Shown here in pieces: positions 35,673-49,000 of a DNA stretch of 64,000 bases. Numbering within the stretch: position 1 is the first letter of the stretch; every line of letters starts with the position of its first letter. This DNA comes from an uncultured Clostridia bacterium (GTDB lineage: Bacteria; Bacillota; Clostridia; Christensenellales; DTU072), in NCBI GenBank assembly GCA_934274515.1, contig CAKQTC010000010.1:2625-66624 (forward strand). The letters run 5' to 3'. The translations under genes and the position numbers were made by a program. The notes below the pieces were generated by a model that was not told where the DNA came from, ran no database searches, and saw nothing but the letters and a program-made list of their open reading frames with translations.

Positions 35673-36233
35673 TTAGTCTTTTATTCCTTGATAAGCCGTA
35701 GTGTAAAGCGGCAGTTTTTCGTTTATCAACGTAACGGCCTCTTCCGCGGAAGAAACCGCGTAAACCCTGTCGTCGGGTATTGACGGGTATCTCTTACGCC
35801 CGTCTATTTTCGTTCCCGCAAGTTTTGCGGACCAACCGTCTACGTCGGTATAGGCGACGATAAGGCGTTTTAACGCCCAAGCGGAAGCCATTTCGCTAAG
35901 CGTTCCCGCGCCGCCGCCTATCGCGACGACCGCGTCTGCGTTTGCGACGATAACGTTGCGGTAAAGGTCCAATCCCGTAGCGATAACGACGTCCGCGTGC
36001 GCGCTCGCCGCCGTTCTGTCGAACGACGGTACGATGGCGACCGTGTCGCCGTCGGCGTAATTGTCCGCGTCGCGCGCTCCCCGAAACGCCGCGTTCATCA
36101 CACCGTTAAGTCCGCCGCTTTGGACGCGATACCCGTTTTGGACGAGCAGTTTTCCCGTTTCGTACGCAATTTTTTCTTTGATACCGCCGTCTTCGATTGC
36201 GGCGTCGCCTATTACCGCGATGATTTTTTTCAT
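35673..36233 (-). CDS. LOG/TIGR00725-like Rossmann-fold nucleotide-binding protein
   Basis: SGGLNGVMNAAFRGA and IGGGAGTLSEMA (the PGGxGTxxE-type motif). Confidence 0.7.
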   Translation of the reverse strand: MKKIIAVIGDAAIEDGGIKEKIAYETGKLLVQNGYRVQSGGLNGVMNAAFRGARDADNYADGDTVAIVPSFDRTAASAHADVVIATGLDLYRNVIVANADAVVAIGGGAGTLSEMASAWALKRLIVAYTDVDGWSAKLAGTKIDGRKRYPSIPDDRVYAVSSAEEAVTLINEKLPLYTTAYQGIKD

Positions 36234-36814
36234 TCTTCTTTCTCCCTTGTCGCCTGCCGAACCGCCCGTTCGTCGCGACGCGTATATTATGCCCGAAAGG
36301 ACTTATTTTTATAATTTACGATTTTTCATTCGCTTTTTCCTATTCAAACCCGTACAATAAAACCAACAGCCTAATCGCGTTTCAAGGATACCCAAATGCA
36401 TATTAAAGCAACCTTAAACCACGGTTAAAAGCAAAACACGCCGCCTTAAAACAAAAGAGAAAATCAAAAGAAAGAACGAAGATGCGAACGAGAAACGAAA
36501 AAAATACGCAAAAAAACGCAAACGACTCCGTCGAAAAAAAAGACGGCTCGAATGCCAAAATCATTCGAAAATCATGCAGGCAAAGTTAAAACAAACGGAC
36601 AAACGCCGAAAAAAACGACAAAGAAAACAAGCAACGAAAGGAATGAAGAAAACAACGAAGAAAGCGGAGAAAACGGCGGAGAAAGCGACGGGTAAAACGG
36701 TCGAAAAAAAGGCGAAAAACAAGCGGGAAGAGCGGCGCAAAAACTTACGAAAAGCCAGAGAGGGAAGGAAATCTTAACCGCGCCTTAAATAATATTTATA
36801 TATAACAAAGCGCG

Positions 36815-36843
36815 TTGACTTTTGCGTACGCGTGATGTATAAT
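36815..36843 (+). promoter_or_regulatory. Consensus sigmaA-type promoter of the giant gene
   Basis: TTGACT (36815-36820), exactly a 17-bp spacer, then TATAAT (36838-36843). GGAGA (36918-36922) lies 6 nt upstream of ATG 36929. Confidence 0.6.
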
Positions 36844-36928
36844 GGGTGTGCGAATAAAAAGGGGATATTCTACGCTTTTTTACTCGCAAACCGCGGTTGA
36901 ACCGCAAAGAAAACGACGGAGATATGCT

Positions 36929-37009
36929 ATGAGTTCGAAAACGTCTAAACTTCTAAAAATTTTTATGATACTTGTGTGCGTCGTGTTGGCGCTGAGTATC
37001 GTCGCCTGT
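36929..37009 (+). other. Lipoprotein (SPase II) signal peptide of the giant protein
   Basis: MSSKTSKLLKIFMILVCVVLALSIVAC|SKRDPQPDG. It has a basic n-region, a hydrophobic core and lipobox I-V-A-C, with Cys27 at 37007-37009, followed by a Pro/Asp/Gly-rich linker. Confidence 0.7.
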
Positions 37010-40000
37010 TCCAAGAGGGATCCGCAGCCCGACGGGCCGGTTGATCCGGGGAACCAGGAAGACCCGAGCCTTACGCCGAGCGAAACGATGAGCAAGGCGG
37101 ACGCTTTTGCGAGGATAAAGAAGTCGATGACTTTTCTCGACCAATCGCTGTACGACGACCCCGAATGGTTGTGTATAGACACGTTTATCGAATTCGATTT
37201 CCATGCCTACGAAAAGGAAGGCGCGGTTTATACCAAGAAAGCGAAAAAGATAGCCGAATACTCGTTGAGAATTAAAGCGAACATCTCGCTTAAAGACAAT
37301 TCGCAGAGCGTTGTACTTCTCGAACTCAGCAACGTTTTCTCGAACCAACTTTACGTGGGTGTTTACTATTACGGCTCCACGACGTATCTCGTTTTCGGAC
37401 AAAACTCTAAATATTATGCGGAAGAAATAAACATTACCACCGTCGGACAAAAACTCGTATCCCTTCTTAAAATGGGGACGAAAGACGAAACGGACATAGT
37501 CGAGTTTATCGGTAACGCGTTACAAAGCAACATAGACATCGAGGCGGTTAAAAAGTTTACGAGTCTTATTTGGATGTTGCTTTTCGAAGAAGATTACATA
37601 GCGGACTATTCGACGGAGTCGTATACTTACAAGGCTCTCGACGAAAACGGAAGAGAGCAGACCTATACCGTCCCCAAATATCAATACATACACGAATATA
37701 TCAAAGCCGACTGGATTCTCGGAATGTTGAAGTCCGGGAAAATTCAAATCGGTAACTTCCTCGACCTTACCATTTCGTGGGAAGGGTTCGGACTGCCCAA
37801 CCTCGACCACGTTTTGCAAGACACGATAGGGTTCGGGCTGGAAGACATTATAAAAAAGAACTGGCCGTCGCTCAGGTTTAGTTTGGACGCCATCACCGAG
37901 ATGAAAGAAGTTATACTTCCCGGCGACAAGAGCAAAGGGTACGAATACGTGTTCAACGGTTTCGGAATCACCATCGATGCGCTTGACGGGGAATTCGACG
38001 TTTCTTTGAAAACGACGCCGTTTTTGATGGAAGTTTGCAACGAGAAACGCTCGGCAATATCCCTTGCCGGTAAAAACTTCGGCGACGCGGGTAAAGGAAC
38101 GACTTACACGAAGGGTAGTTTCACTAACTTGGAAGCGAACCTGCAACTTGCCGTCAACAATTCGTCCGAAGTAGACGAAGTGCTTACCGTCAAAGGGCTT
38201 GCCGGTAATATTATCAAACTCGGCGGAATAGGCGACATACCTATCGTGGTCGGCGGCGGAGCGAGTTACGTGTTCGATTTAGGCGTTGCGGCGAGCATTA
38301 ACCTGTTCGACAACTCGCAAAACTACGCGAAAGCAAGGCTTGGGTACAACGGCAGAGAAGTGTTTGCCGTATATCTCGTTCCCGACTTAGGCAACACAAT
38401 AGTCGGCAAAGAAGCCAAAGTATTGAATACTTTGTTTTTTGATTTCCACAATCTGAAAAGCGGCGGAACGGAGTTCTTGCCTAATACCAAACTGTCTAAA
38501 ATCGACTTGACGAAGAGTTTGTCGGGACTTATCGGCGAAGAGATAATGAAGTATATCGACCCGTACCGAGGGGATACTTCCGCGTCGCGAAACCCGACCG
38601 CGAGCAACGCGTCCAGCGTCGTCATTACCGAGCCGACGGGTATGGACGTAATGAAACTTATCGAACTTCTCATATCGGAGAAGAAAGAACCCGACGCAGA
38701 CGGGCGATATAAATATTTGAGACTGCCTAAGAAAGGGAAATCGACAAAACTCGAAATTTCTCTCGACAACTACGCGATAAACACGATAGCGGCGATGTTC
38801 GTCGGCGGAATGACGCTCGTCGAAGAAGACGACGGCTCGTTGCATTACGAAAACGGTATCGGAATAAAACGCGTTTCCGTAGGGCTGGATTTTGCAAATC
38901 CGCTCAGTTCCATAAGAGTGGCGGCGGACGTAACCGACGACGTTACGCTTAAAGTAGGTATCGGATCCGACAAAGAAGGCGGCGGATACAACACGGGTAT
39001 AAGTTACTTCAAAATGCCCGAATTTGACTTTTCCGCGGTTGGACTTAACAAATATTTGAAAGCGGAAAGCAAAGAAGAGGCGGAGAAACTCAGAAACGAG
39101 TATAAAGAACTTAGTACGACGTTGTCGTATGCCGCAACCGTCGCCGGTAATTTTGCTATCGGTTCGGAAGAAAACACGAGTCTTAATCTCGACTCGATAA
39201 TGAAATATCTTACAGAGAATTATCTCTCGAAGATGGGGATAAACTTGGGGCAACTGCTTGCGTCGGCGAAAGTTCAAAGCGCGAGCGAACTCAGAATAGG
39301 ATACGAAATACAGGTCGCGGCGTCTCTCGTTGACCTAAGTTCCGTCAAAGCGGTAATCGACCTGTACTTCCTGGATAAGAACGGCAATAAGTTCGAGCAG
39401 TTCGGCGGATACCCGTTCTTAGAACTTTACTACGTCGGAGGAACGACCGACACGTTGTATATAAACACGGAAGTAAGTCCGGACGCGGATAAGAACCTTA
39501 CCCAACAACTACACACCGTACTCGGGTTTACCGAAATAATTTTCGGCAACGTGCCGAGATTAAGCGTTACCGACACGGGCATAGCGAAGATGCTTAACGG
39601 CAAGGGGTTGGACATCACGAAAATTCTTGCGTTACTCGGCGTGGTCGGGTACGAAAAAGAAAATCCGTCAAGCGCGGCGAAAGCGATTTATATCACGAAA
39701 GACCTTTTGCGCAACGCGGACGACGACAGCGGAGTGGAAGTTAAACCTAAAGACAACTCGATGCTCGACTTGATTGGCGGAATGATTAATTCCGTCACCG
39801 TAAAAGACGGTGCGCTCGGCGTAATCGTCAACAGAAACGTGTTCGGCGTGGTGATGGGTCTTGCCGGGCTAGCCATCAAAGACGGACTTCCCGAAGTAAA
39901 CGGGTCGTTGTACGTTCATATCGGAACGGAATTCGACAAAGACGGCAACGGAAACAAGATATTCACCGACGAGGGCGGCAAGATTTACACCGCTACCGCG

Positions 40001-43000
40001 ACGGGCGACAAAGTTAAAGACAAAGACGGCAACGAATACGAAATTTCGTCGCTTAAACTAAAAGAAAAACTCAAAGACAGAGCGTTTGCGAGAGCGCACG
40101 TCGGAATAGTGGATTACGCCGACGTAGAAAAAGAATTTTTCTATCTCGACCTTACGCTTATCGATACGGTCAACATCGCGAAAACCGACGTACCTTCGTT
40201 TAAGGGTCCGTTGACGACGGCGGCGACGGAATATACGAGCATAGCGGACTGGTCGAAAAATCTGGAAGTATCGGTAAACGTAGAACTTATGTTTGAGGTT
40301 TCCGCGTCCGAACCCACGACGGAATGGGATAAGGTAAACGACGTTTTGGCGCAACTTTTGCCGTCGGAAACGCTCGCGAATTACAGCGCGTTGTTAAAAA
40401 CCGTTGTCGTAAGGTTTTATAACGACTATTTCTCAAACATATCGAGTAACAACAAAAAAGGACTTAACATCGGTATTGCGATTAAAGGAACCATCGACAT
40501 ATCGGATATATTCGCAAGCGAACTCAGCGTGGTTATGTTCGACGCAGCCGAACCCGACGGTTCGGGTTATACGGCGTCCGACGGGTTGCAGTATAAAGTT
40601 ATCGTAGGTATTTATCTTAAAGACAACAAGGCGTACGTTGACCTAGGATATTTCGGAATGGATTTGCTCGCTCTTAACGACGTGCGCAACACCTATAAAG
40701 GCATAAGAGCGGCGCAGTTTGACGCGTTGTGGACGGAAACGTACATCGAGGACAAGACGAGCGGAAAAACGCTGTTCGTGTACGCGGAAGAAGGCGCGTT
40801 CATGGACGAAGCGTATCGGCAGACGATGCTTACGCATTTCCTTAACAATCAATATTCGCAGTATAAAGGCAACGTGGTATCGACATCGGGTAAAGGTTAT
40901 TACGAAACCGAATTCCCGATAAGCGACTACAAGTATTTCGTTTGGAACGAAAGAATTTTGCAAGCGCAGGAAGAGGATAAGGACGACTATTCCAAACTTT
41001 ATTACGGCGACTTAAAACAGCATTACAACGTATACGTTTACGTTAAGAACGACATAGAAAAGGTGTTCCGTACGGACAGCGGCGACAACACGCCGAAACT
41101 CAACCCCGGGTTCGTCAGATACGAGGTTAAACCGAACGGAGAGATACACGTTTACGACGGCAGAACGGAAACGTCGTTTGTGACGATTTCCCCCGTAATA
41201 AGAGACGGTAAATCTGTTACGCTCAACATCGTCGAAGTGGAAAACAGACTGCGTACGAACAGTTACGGCGAAAGCGATTTCGATTATAAACTGTTCCTGT
41301 CGCAAATGAAGTCCGAGGCGTATAGCGGGTACACGGATTATATCAATCGGTACGTGACGTACTGGAACGCCACGAGAAAAGCCACGCCGAGCGTCGAAGC
41401 GACGATGAACGCCGCGTATATAAGCATCGTCGCGAAGAAGAAACAGTATTACAGCGTAGCGTACGTCAATTCCACCGACTTTACTACGGCGAAGAGTAAT
41501 CTGTCGGCGACCATCGTAAGCGATATGCGTAAACTCGGCGGTTACGAATCCATGACCGCGGCGCAGATAAGAGCGACCGAAGAGTATCAGGCAAGATACG
41601 AGAAAGCGGAAGCGCAACTCGTGCAAAAATACGTTGATTCGAAAGCGGAAGCGGCAGGCATCAACAAAGCGGACAACGGGAACATGATAGCGTACACGAT
41701 GCTGTCTTTGCTTAACGGCAAAGATATGGCGAATTTCGGCGTGTACTCCGAAACGAAAGCGCTTAACGCCGCATTGAAAGCGGAAAGCGAAAAACTTGCC
41801 CCGTCGAACGCGGCGAGCATCGTCGGGCCGGAATCGGGCAATCAAAAATCCTATCTTACCGACGCGGGCGCGATAGCGTTGCAATTCGTGTGGAACAAAG
41901 GCAAACTCACGTTTGAACTCACGCAGGAAGTAATTAACGCGGTTATCACCGGGTTGGGATACCCCGAACTCGGCGAAATAATAAACATCAACTATCTCGG
42001 ACTCGGGATTGACCTTAACCACGGGGTAATGCTCGAAGTAATGGTTAAACTCGGCGACGTATATTCGATATTGCTGAAAATAAACAAACTCGAAGCGAGC
42101 GTCGATCCGAGCGAAAGGGATCGCTATGCGGTCAACGTGGATAAATTCGGCGACGTCGGTATGCCGACGGGTATTCCCGACTCGGTTTACGTGGAAGCGT
42201 CCGTAGGCATTACGTTGCAAAACGTGGTAAACAATCTTGCCGCGGCGGAGAACAAGGACGTTACGGATTACGACCTTACCGACTTACTCAACAGATTTTT
42301 GAGCAATTCGGCGTTTAAGTCGAGCGAACTCGACGCGTTCTACAACGAAATCGCGGAGAGAAACCCGGACAAGAAAGACACCCCCGAAGGAATCGTCGAC
42401 ATAAAGAGAATAGCGTGGCAGCAACTTTACGACAACTATCGTTTGGGCGAAACCGAAGACCAAAAGGCGCGCAGAGCGGAAATGGACAAGGTTTACGAGG
42501 CGACTTGGTCGGATATCGAGAAAAAGCAAAAGAAAGACGATCAAGAATATCTGGGAATAACGAAAGGTAGCGCAAGGCACTATGCTTTGTCGTGGGATAA
42601 ACTCGTATCCGGGTCGGTTAAGATTAACCTTAACGAACTCGGCGTAAAAGTTATCGCGCAGTTGTTTGAAAACATCAACGCGACGTTGTTTGTCGACGCG
42701 GAAGCGCTCGTCAACTTCAACAATATTTATTCGAGTACGCTTAAAGTCACGATTAAGAGATGGCTCGGAGAAAAAGGAAAAGACTACGAAGTAGACGACG
42801 AAAACAAAATCGTAAAAGAACTCACGAACAACGAAAAGAGAAGAAAAGCGGAAACCGTGTTGACGTTCTACTACGACGGTTCGGTAAATACGAGTTATTC
42901 CGAATTCCGCGGCGCGATTTACATCGATACGGATATATTCGGTATCGGGCAGGTAAAACTCGAAGACATAACGGTTATTTGGACGGAAGTATTCAAATAT

Positions 43001-46000
43001 TTCGGCACCGACCAGTTCGGCTCGGAAACGATAAAATCCGTTTATAAATTCTTCGGACTTGACGAAAACGGACAAAACCCGCAAAACGCGCCTTACAGAG
43101 CGAGCAATGCGTCGTACGGAGCGAGTAACGCGGCGTACGGCGAAGAAACGGGCAAAGTGTTTAATGCCGTACAAAACGCGGCAGGGGATACGGTAGTATA
43201 CCTTACCGGCGAAGGCGTTACGGCGAAGACCTATCTCGACGTGATGTTCTACAAGGGAGAACTCGGCATAGGCGTAGCCAAATCCGCGGTGCTTAACGTA
43301 CTTAAACAACTCGCCGGCATCGACCTTACCGATCAACTCGAAGACAAAATCGACTTCAACGCGGCGATAATGCTCAATTTCAGCGACAACTTAGGCGTAG
43401 ACGTCACGGTAAACTTCGCCAACGACAAGGGCGGCAAGAGCGCGATTAAGATAGGTGCGGGAGAAATAAGCCTTAACCTTAACAAAGTGCCCGAAAGGCC
43501 CGACGAAAGCAGGTTCGTAGATATAGAAAAACTTGCAAACATCGGTGCGGCGATAGGCGGATACGCGTCGTTCGAACTCGGGAAAATGGGTGAAACGCTC
43601 AACTACGACTACTTGTTCAAACTGCTTTACGGCGCGATATTCGACGACCGTGACCCCGGCATCGGACTTAGGGTAGGAATCGAAGAAAGCGATATTTTTG
43701 CTCAGACCAACTATCTCGAAATCCGCGCGAACGCGAATATGATGACTATGTCGAAATTCGACGGCATAGAACTTTATCTTACGCTCACGTCCAAGAAAAA
43801 CCACGATATATACGAAGAACTCGGCAAAGAAGGCGGTTGGCGCGCGATTATGGACGAGTATCTCGACAAGGCGACCACTTACGAAAGACGTTGGACGTTG
43901 CTTAAAAACTATGCGTTGAGCAAAAACGACAATGCGGGCGATTCTTCCAAAACCGAAGCGGAAAATCTTCTTGCGGGCGGCGGAAAGTTCTTCTTTAACC
44001 TTATGGAAAAAATAGAAGACGAGATGGAAAACCTGTACGGCGCGATTCTTCCCGAAGAAAAGTATACGAAGTTCTGGAACGAACTGTACGGCAGATGCGG
44101 CGACTATTATATGGGCAACGTGCTCAGCCTGTTCGTTACGCTTAACCAAGGCGACGAGAGTTTAGGACAAAGCCCGATTTACGGCAAGATTTATCTTAAC
44201 CTTGCTTTTCTCGGAGTAGAACCTATCGTACTCGACGACGTAAGCGCGTTCGTTGTGGCGATAGGAAAGAGTTTCGGTATCGATTACTCGAAATTATTTA
44301 ACAAAAACAACAAGAACGACGAAACCGACAAACCGTCCAACGCACCCGTTGCTCTCGCAAACGGCGCGACAAGCGCGATGAACGTGCTCGGTAGTTTCGT
44401 TATCGGCATAGACACGCGTGAAAACAAAGACTTTATCGCGGCGGAAATCACGAGTGCGGCAATATATTCCATACTTGCCGCGTTCGGAGTTAAGGACATC
44501 GAACAGTACTTCGGAGAAGACCCGAGCGGAGGCACGGACAATCCGTACTATCCCGCTTATTCGCCGAACCTTAAAGTAAGCCTGTTCGGGTACAACGAAG
44601 TAGACAAGAAGTACGACTTGCTCGGAGTACAACTTGACCTTAAAAATATGCTTAACCTTAAAATAGCGGTGGAAACGCCGACTATCGACATAGCGCGCGG
44701 AAACAAGCGTTTCGTCATCAGGGAATACGCAAAGAACGAAGAAACGAACAAATACGAAGAATATTACACGACGATTGACCAACAGTGGGATACCACGCTC
44801 AAACTGTCGGTAGACGGAGGACTTTCGCTCGGAGCGAAAGACAGGGAAGACAACGAAGGCAAAGACCCGAAAATCAATCTCGGGGATTTACTGCGTGTAT
44901 TCTTAGGAGATAAGTTCAACGTAGACGTCGTTATCGACACCACGCAATCGATATGGGCGGATTTGCACTTCTATATCGACGCGAAAGTCAACGTGATGAG
45001 CATATGGTCGCTTATAAGCAAAGACGAAGAAACGGGCAAAGCGCCTTACGAATTGCTTACCATACCCGAAATAATCGGCGCGGCAGGAGCGGAAGCGTAT
45101 ATCGAAATAGTTTCGAGAGAAAAACAACTCGACGCGAACGGCAACCCCGTTAAAGACGCCGACGGCAACGAAATCATCAAAGGCGAAAAAGTCCTTATCG
45201 GTATCTACCTTATAAAAGAAAGAAACGACAACGGCGACGAGTACCTGTCGTTGTACGTCGATTTAGGCAGTCTTAATATCAGCCCGATAAGCATAACCAA
45301 CCTTACCGCGACGGGTTCGGATATTTGGAAGAGCCTGAGCAAACTGTTCGGAAAGACCGAAGAAGAAACCGCGCAAATGAAAGCGAAAAACGTTCACGAC
45401 GCGCAACTCGACATATTCGCTATGTACACCGCGATGAAAGCGAGCGAAGTCGCGAACGGAGCGAACGGCGCGAACAACAGATATTCGTCGATTTCCGAAA
45501 TGAGCGACAAGAGCAAAAAGTTACAATCGACGATTTACGGCGAAAACGGCGATTTTGAAACGCTTGCGAAGAGAATAAATGCAGGCGAAAAACCGATAGA
45601 GAACGCGGCTACGAAAGCGAGCAACGCGGACGGGCAGATTATGGACGACTTCATATCCGTAGTCGTAGGCAACGAATACGGCGTGACCGTAACGGCGGTT
45701 GCGGCAGTTCTCATCAAGATGCTCGACGAGGCGTTCAACGACGAAAAGAGTATATCTCGTCGTGCGTTTACCGCGCTTATAGAAAAACGTATAGCGGACG
45801 AAATCGAAGCGGAAAAGAAAGTTTTGAGCAATATATCCAAAAATATGGACAACTTGCTCGCAAGTTTAGGCAGGGAAGACGTAATAGTAAGCAAGAGCGA
45901 ATCGTGGGCTGCGCTTACCGCGGAAAACGGTAACATTCTGCCCGCCGCGCAAAAAGCGACGACCAAGACGCTTTACGACGGCATTGTGGCGAAAGCGACA

Positions 46001-49000
46001 AAAGACGGGTTCAGCACAGCGACTACAAGGGACGAACAAGTCTTGCAGTCCATAGCGTGGGACGCTTATTACTGGACGATTAACGGCGTTTCTTACGACG
46101 ACGCGGTAAAGGTTTATCCGAACAGAGCCCAGAATTCGGGAGACGGAAAGAAATACGATATAACTCTCGATAAGTTCAACGAATACACTTCTCTCGGCAT
46201 TAAATCCGGCGACACGACGTTAGGCGGACTTATCGGCGGACTTACCGACAGACTTAAAGACGCGTTGACCGAAAACGAAAGAGTGGTGCTTACCGCGGTA
46301 GAGTATACCGAATATTACTATGAGGCGGCGGCGTTCGACAACTACGTACGATATCTCGAAGATATGTTGTACGTGCTTAACAGAGTTTACGACGAGGCGA
46401 AAGCGAAAAACACGCATCCCGGAACGAATAAAGAACTTTATAACAAGCAGATAGCGTACGATATTCTTACTTCGGACAACGGAAGCCGCAACTACACGTT
46501 GCCGGCGATAAACGGCGGCTCGCAAACGAGAGATTTCCATCTCGATGCCGAAGATTACACGCTGTTTATCGGCTGGTACGACGCGTACCTTAAAGGATAC
46601 GAAACGGCAGGGGAAACCGACGCGAAAGCAAAGACGTGGCAAGACGTCGTCAACAGGTATCAAGCCGCCTATGCGTCCGTTGTCAACACGATAAACACGG
46701 TAAACGCGAGCGCGTACAATTTGTTCTACGGCGCGGGCGTTACCCTCGACGAAGGAGTACTTCCGTTCTCTACGGCGAGAGCGGCGGGTATTACGTGGTA
46801 TGCCAACCTTAAAGTACCGGTTAAGTACAGCGGTTTCGACGCAAGGTTCAGTCTTACGTTCAAGACGTACGCGTGGGAGTATCTCGTAGAATCGGGTTGG
46901 GTGGAAAAAGTCCACGAAACGCGGTTTATCTCGGCGGAAATGGCGAAAATCACGTCCGCCAACAAAGGCAAAGACCAAGAAGCGTATAAGAACTACGCAT
47001 GGCCGAAATATTATTCGGACGTAAAGACCCTTACCGAAAAAGGCGAAGGGTTCGGATATGTGCTTGCGCGCAACTGCACTTACGTACTCGAAGAGGCGAA
47101 GCAGGGTGCGGAAGTTAAATATCGCAAAGACTTCTCGGACGCGGATAAAGACGCGGCGGGAAGAACGACGTGGAGACTCGTTAAACTCGAAGACGATTTG
47201 CTCAACACGATGGACGAACTGTTTGTGTCGTCACGTTCCGACGTACCGAGCGTAATAGTCGATACGGCAGGCGGCGTAGGTACCGTGCAGGTAGGGTTGC
47301 TCCACGCGAACAATCTTGTATCCGTTCACGTATGGCTCGGGAACTTGGAAATGGGCTTGGCGTTTGTGGGCGCGGGACTGTACCTAGACGAATACGACCT
47401 TAATAAGAGCGTGTTTATCGCGAAGAAAAATGAAGGATACTGGCAACAGGAAGAACGTCAACAACTCGTTGCCGATTATATTCACGAACTTCCCGACGGA
47501 CATTTCGCGCCGTTCGATAAAGACTTCAAATACGTTTACGCGAAACTCTCGCTCGACTTCGATTTAGACGCAGATCAAACGAGTTTCAACCTGCAAAAAC
47601 TTATCGACGTCGTTATGGCGGATCTCGGTATAAATATCGAAATCGCCGGGAACGCAATCGGGCTTAATCTTATACTCGAAACGTTGCAAGTCATATCGAA
47701 GAAATTTAGGCTCGAAGTGGAAGCGAGAGTAAACCTGTTCGACCTGTTCAAAGGCGAACTCGGTACGACCGACCTTGCGCTTACGTTGTACGCGCTCGAA
47801 GGCGGCGGCGACAGAAAGATACTTCAAATCGCGCTCGGTTCTTATATCGATTCGGAAGATGGCAAAGCGAAAAACTTTGTCTACGTCGATTTTAGTCGGT
47901 TTAACATTCAAAGATTGATAATCCGCGACGCAATCGAGTACGTAAGAGACTTGTTCGGCGGAAAAGCGGCAAACGCGTTTGCTCCGTACGATTTCGACTA
48001 CGTCGGTTCGGTACCCGAACTTTTAGGCGCGGCGATGATGTACGGCGTCATGAAGAGTGCCGACGAAGACGGAGTCGTCGCGTCCAACGCGTCGGCGTCC
48101 GGAGAAAACGAAAAAATCGATATAAAACTCAGCAAAGCAGGATTGTCAACCACGGTAGCGTCGGGAGCGATTTACGCGTTGCTTAACTTCTTCGGACTTC
48201 CGCAGATTGAAAAATACGTAAGTAAAGCGGTTGACCTTACGCTCGGCGTGGACATTTTCGCGGTAGACGACGATTTGATAGGGAAAGATTTCACCGACGC
48301 GGACAGGGATCTTATAAGATTGTCGATTGCGCTCAACTCGCTCGGTAAAGACGGCACGACCGCGGATTCCACGGGCGTACGCTTAGACTTCGGTATACAT
48401 AAAGCCGAAGTATCTCTCGACCAAAGAAAATTCGTACTCGGAGCGGACAGCGCGGCGAACCTCGAAAGCAAACTCGATTTGCCTAAAAACGACAAAGGCG
48501 AAAAACTTTACGCGGAAATAGCGGAAGAATTGCCGAACTTGGTATTGACCACCACTATCGAAGTGCAGGTTAAGGCGGAAGAAGTAAGCAGACAGGACTT
48601 TAACAAAGCCCCGATAAAGAATATTCTCGACACGCTCACCAAAGAAGGTAATTTGTCGAGCATAATCGGACAGATATTCTTTGAAATTTACGACGACCAC
48701 GATATGACGCTCGCAATCGACGTTGCGGCGGACGTGGATCTCGGCGACGGCTCGGATAAGAACTATCTCGACCATATAATAAAAGGTTCGATAGTGCGTA
48801 TTCAAGTAAGAGCATGGCACACGAATACGTCCACGAGCGAAGGCGACGTAGAAGAACTCAAAAAGAAAGTTTGGGCAACCCTAACCTACTATGAAGGGGC
48901 GCTATACGTTGACCTTAGCGCGCTTAATATACAGAAAATCAAACTCGACGATGCCGCAGGACTGGTGTTCGGCAAAGGCGAAAAAGCAAAGAACGCATGG

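Noticed and set aside
36574-36777. 67-aa Lys/Arg-rich ORF (MQAKLKQTDKRRKKRQRKQATKG...) in the spacer upstream of the giant gene.
   Set aside because: It is a direct by-product of the A/G-rich, T-poor tract. It has no RBS and extreme low complexity. I treat it as non-coding.
36842-36928. Alternative in-frame ATG at 36842, which would add 29 residues (MGVRIKRGYSTLFYSQTAVEPQRKRRRYA) to the giant protein.
   Set aside because: It overlaps the -10 hexamer, has no Shine-Dalgarno sequence, and would bury the signal peptide behind a charged extension. ATG 36929 has GGAGA at optimal spacing and gives a canonical lipoprotein signal.
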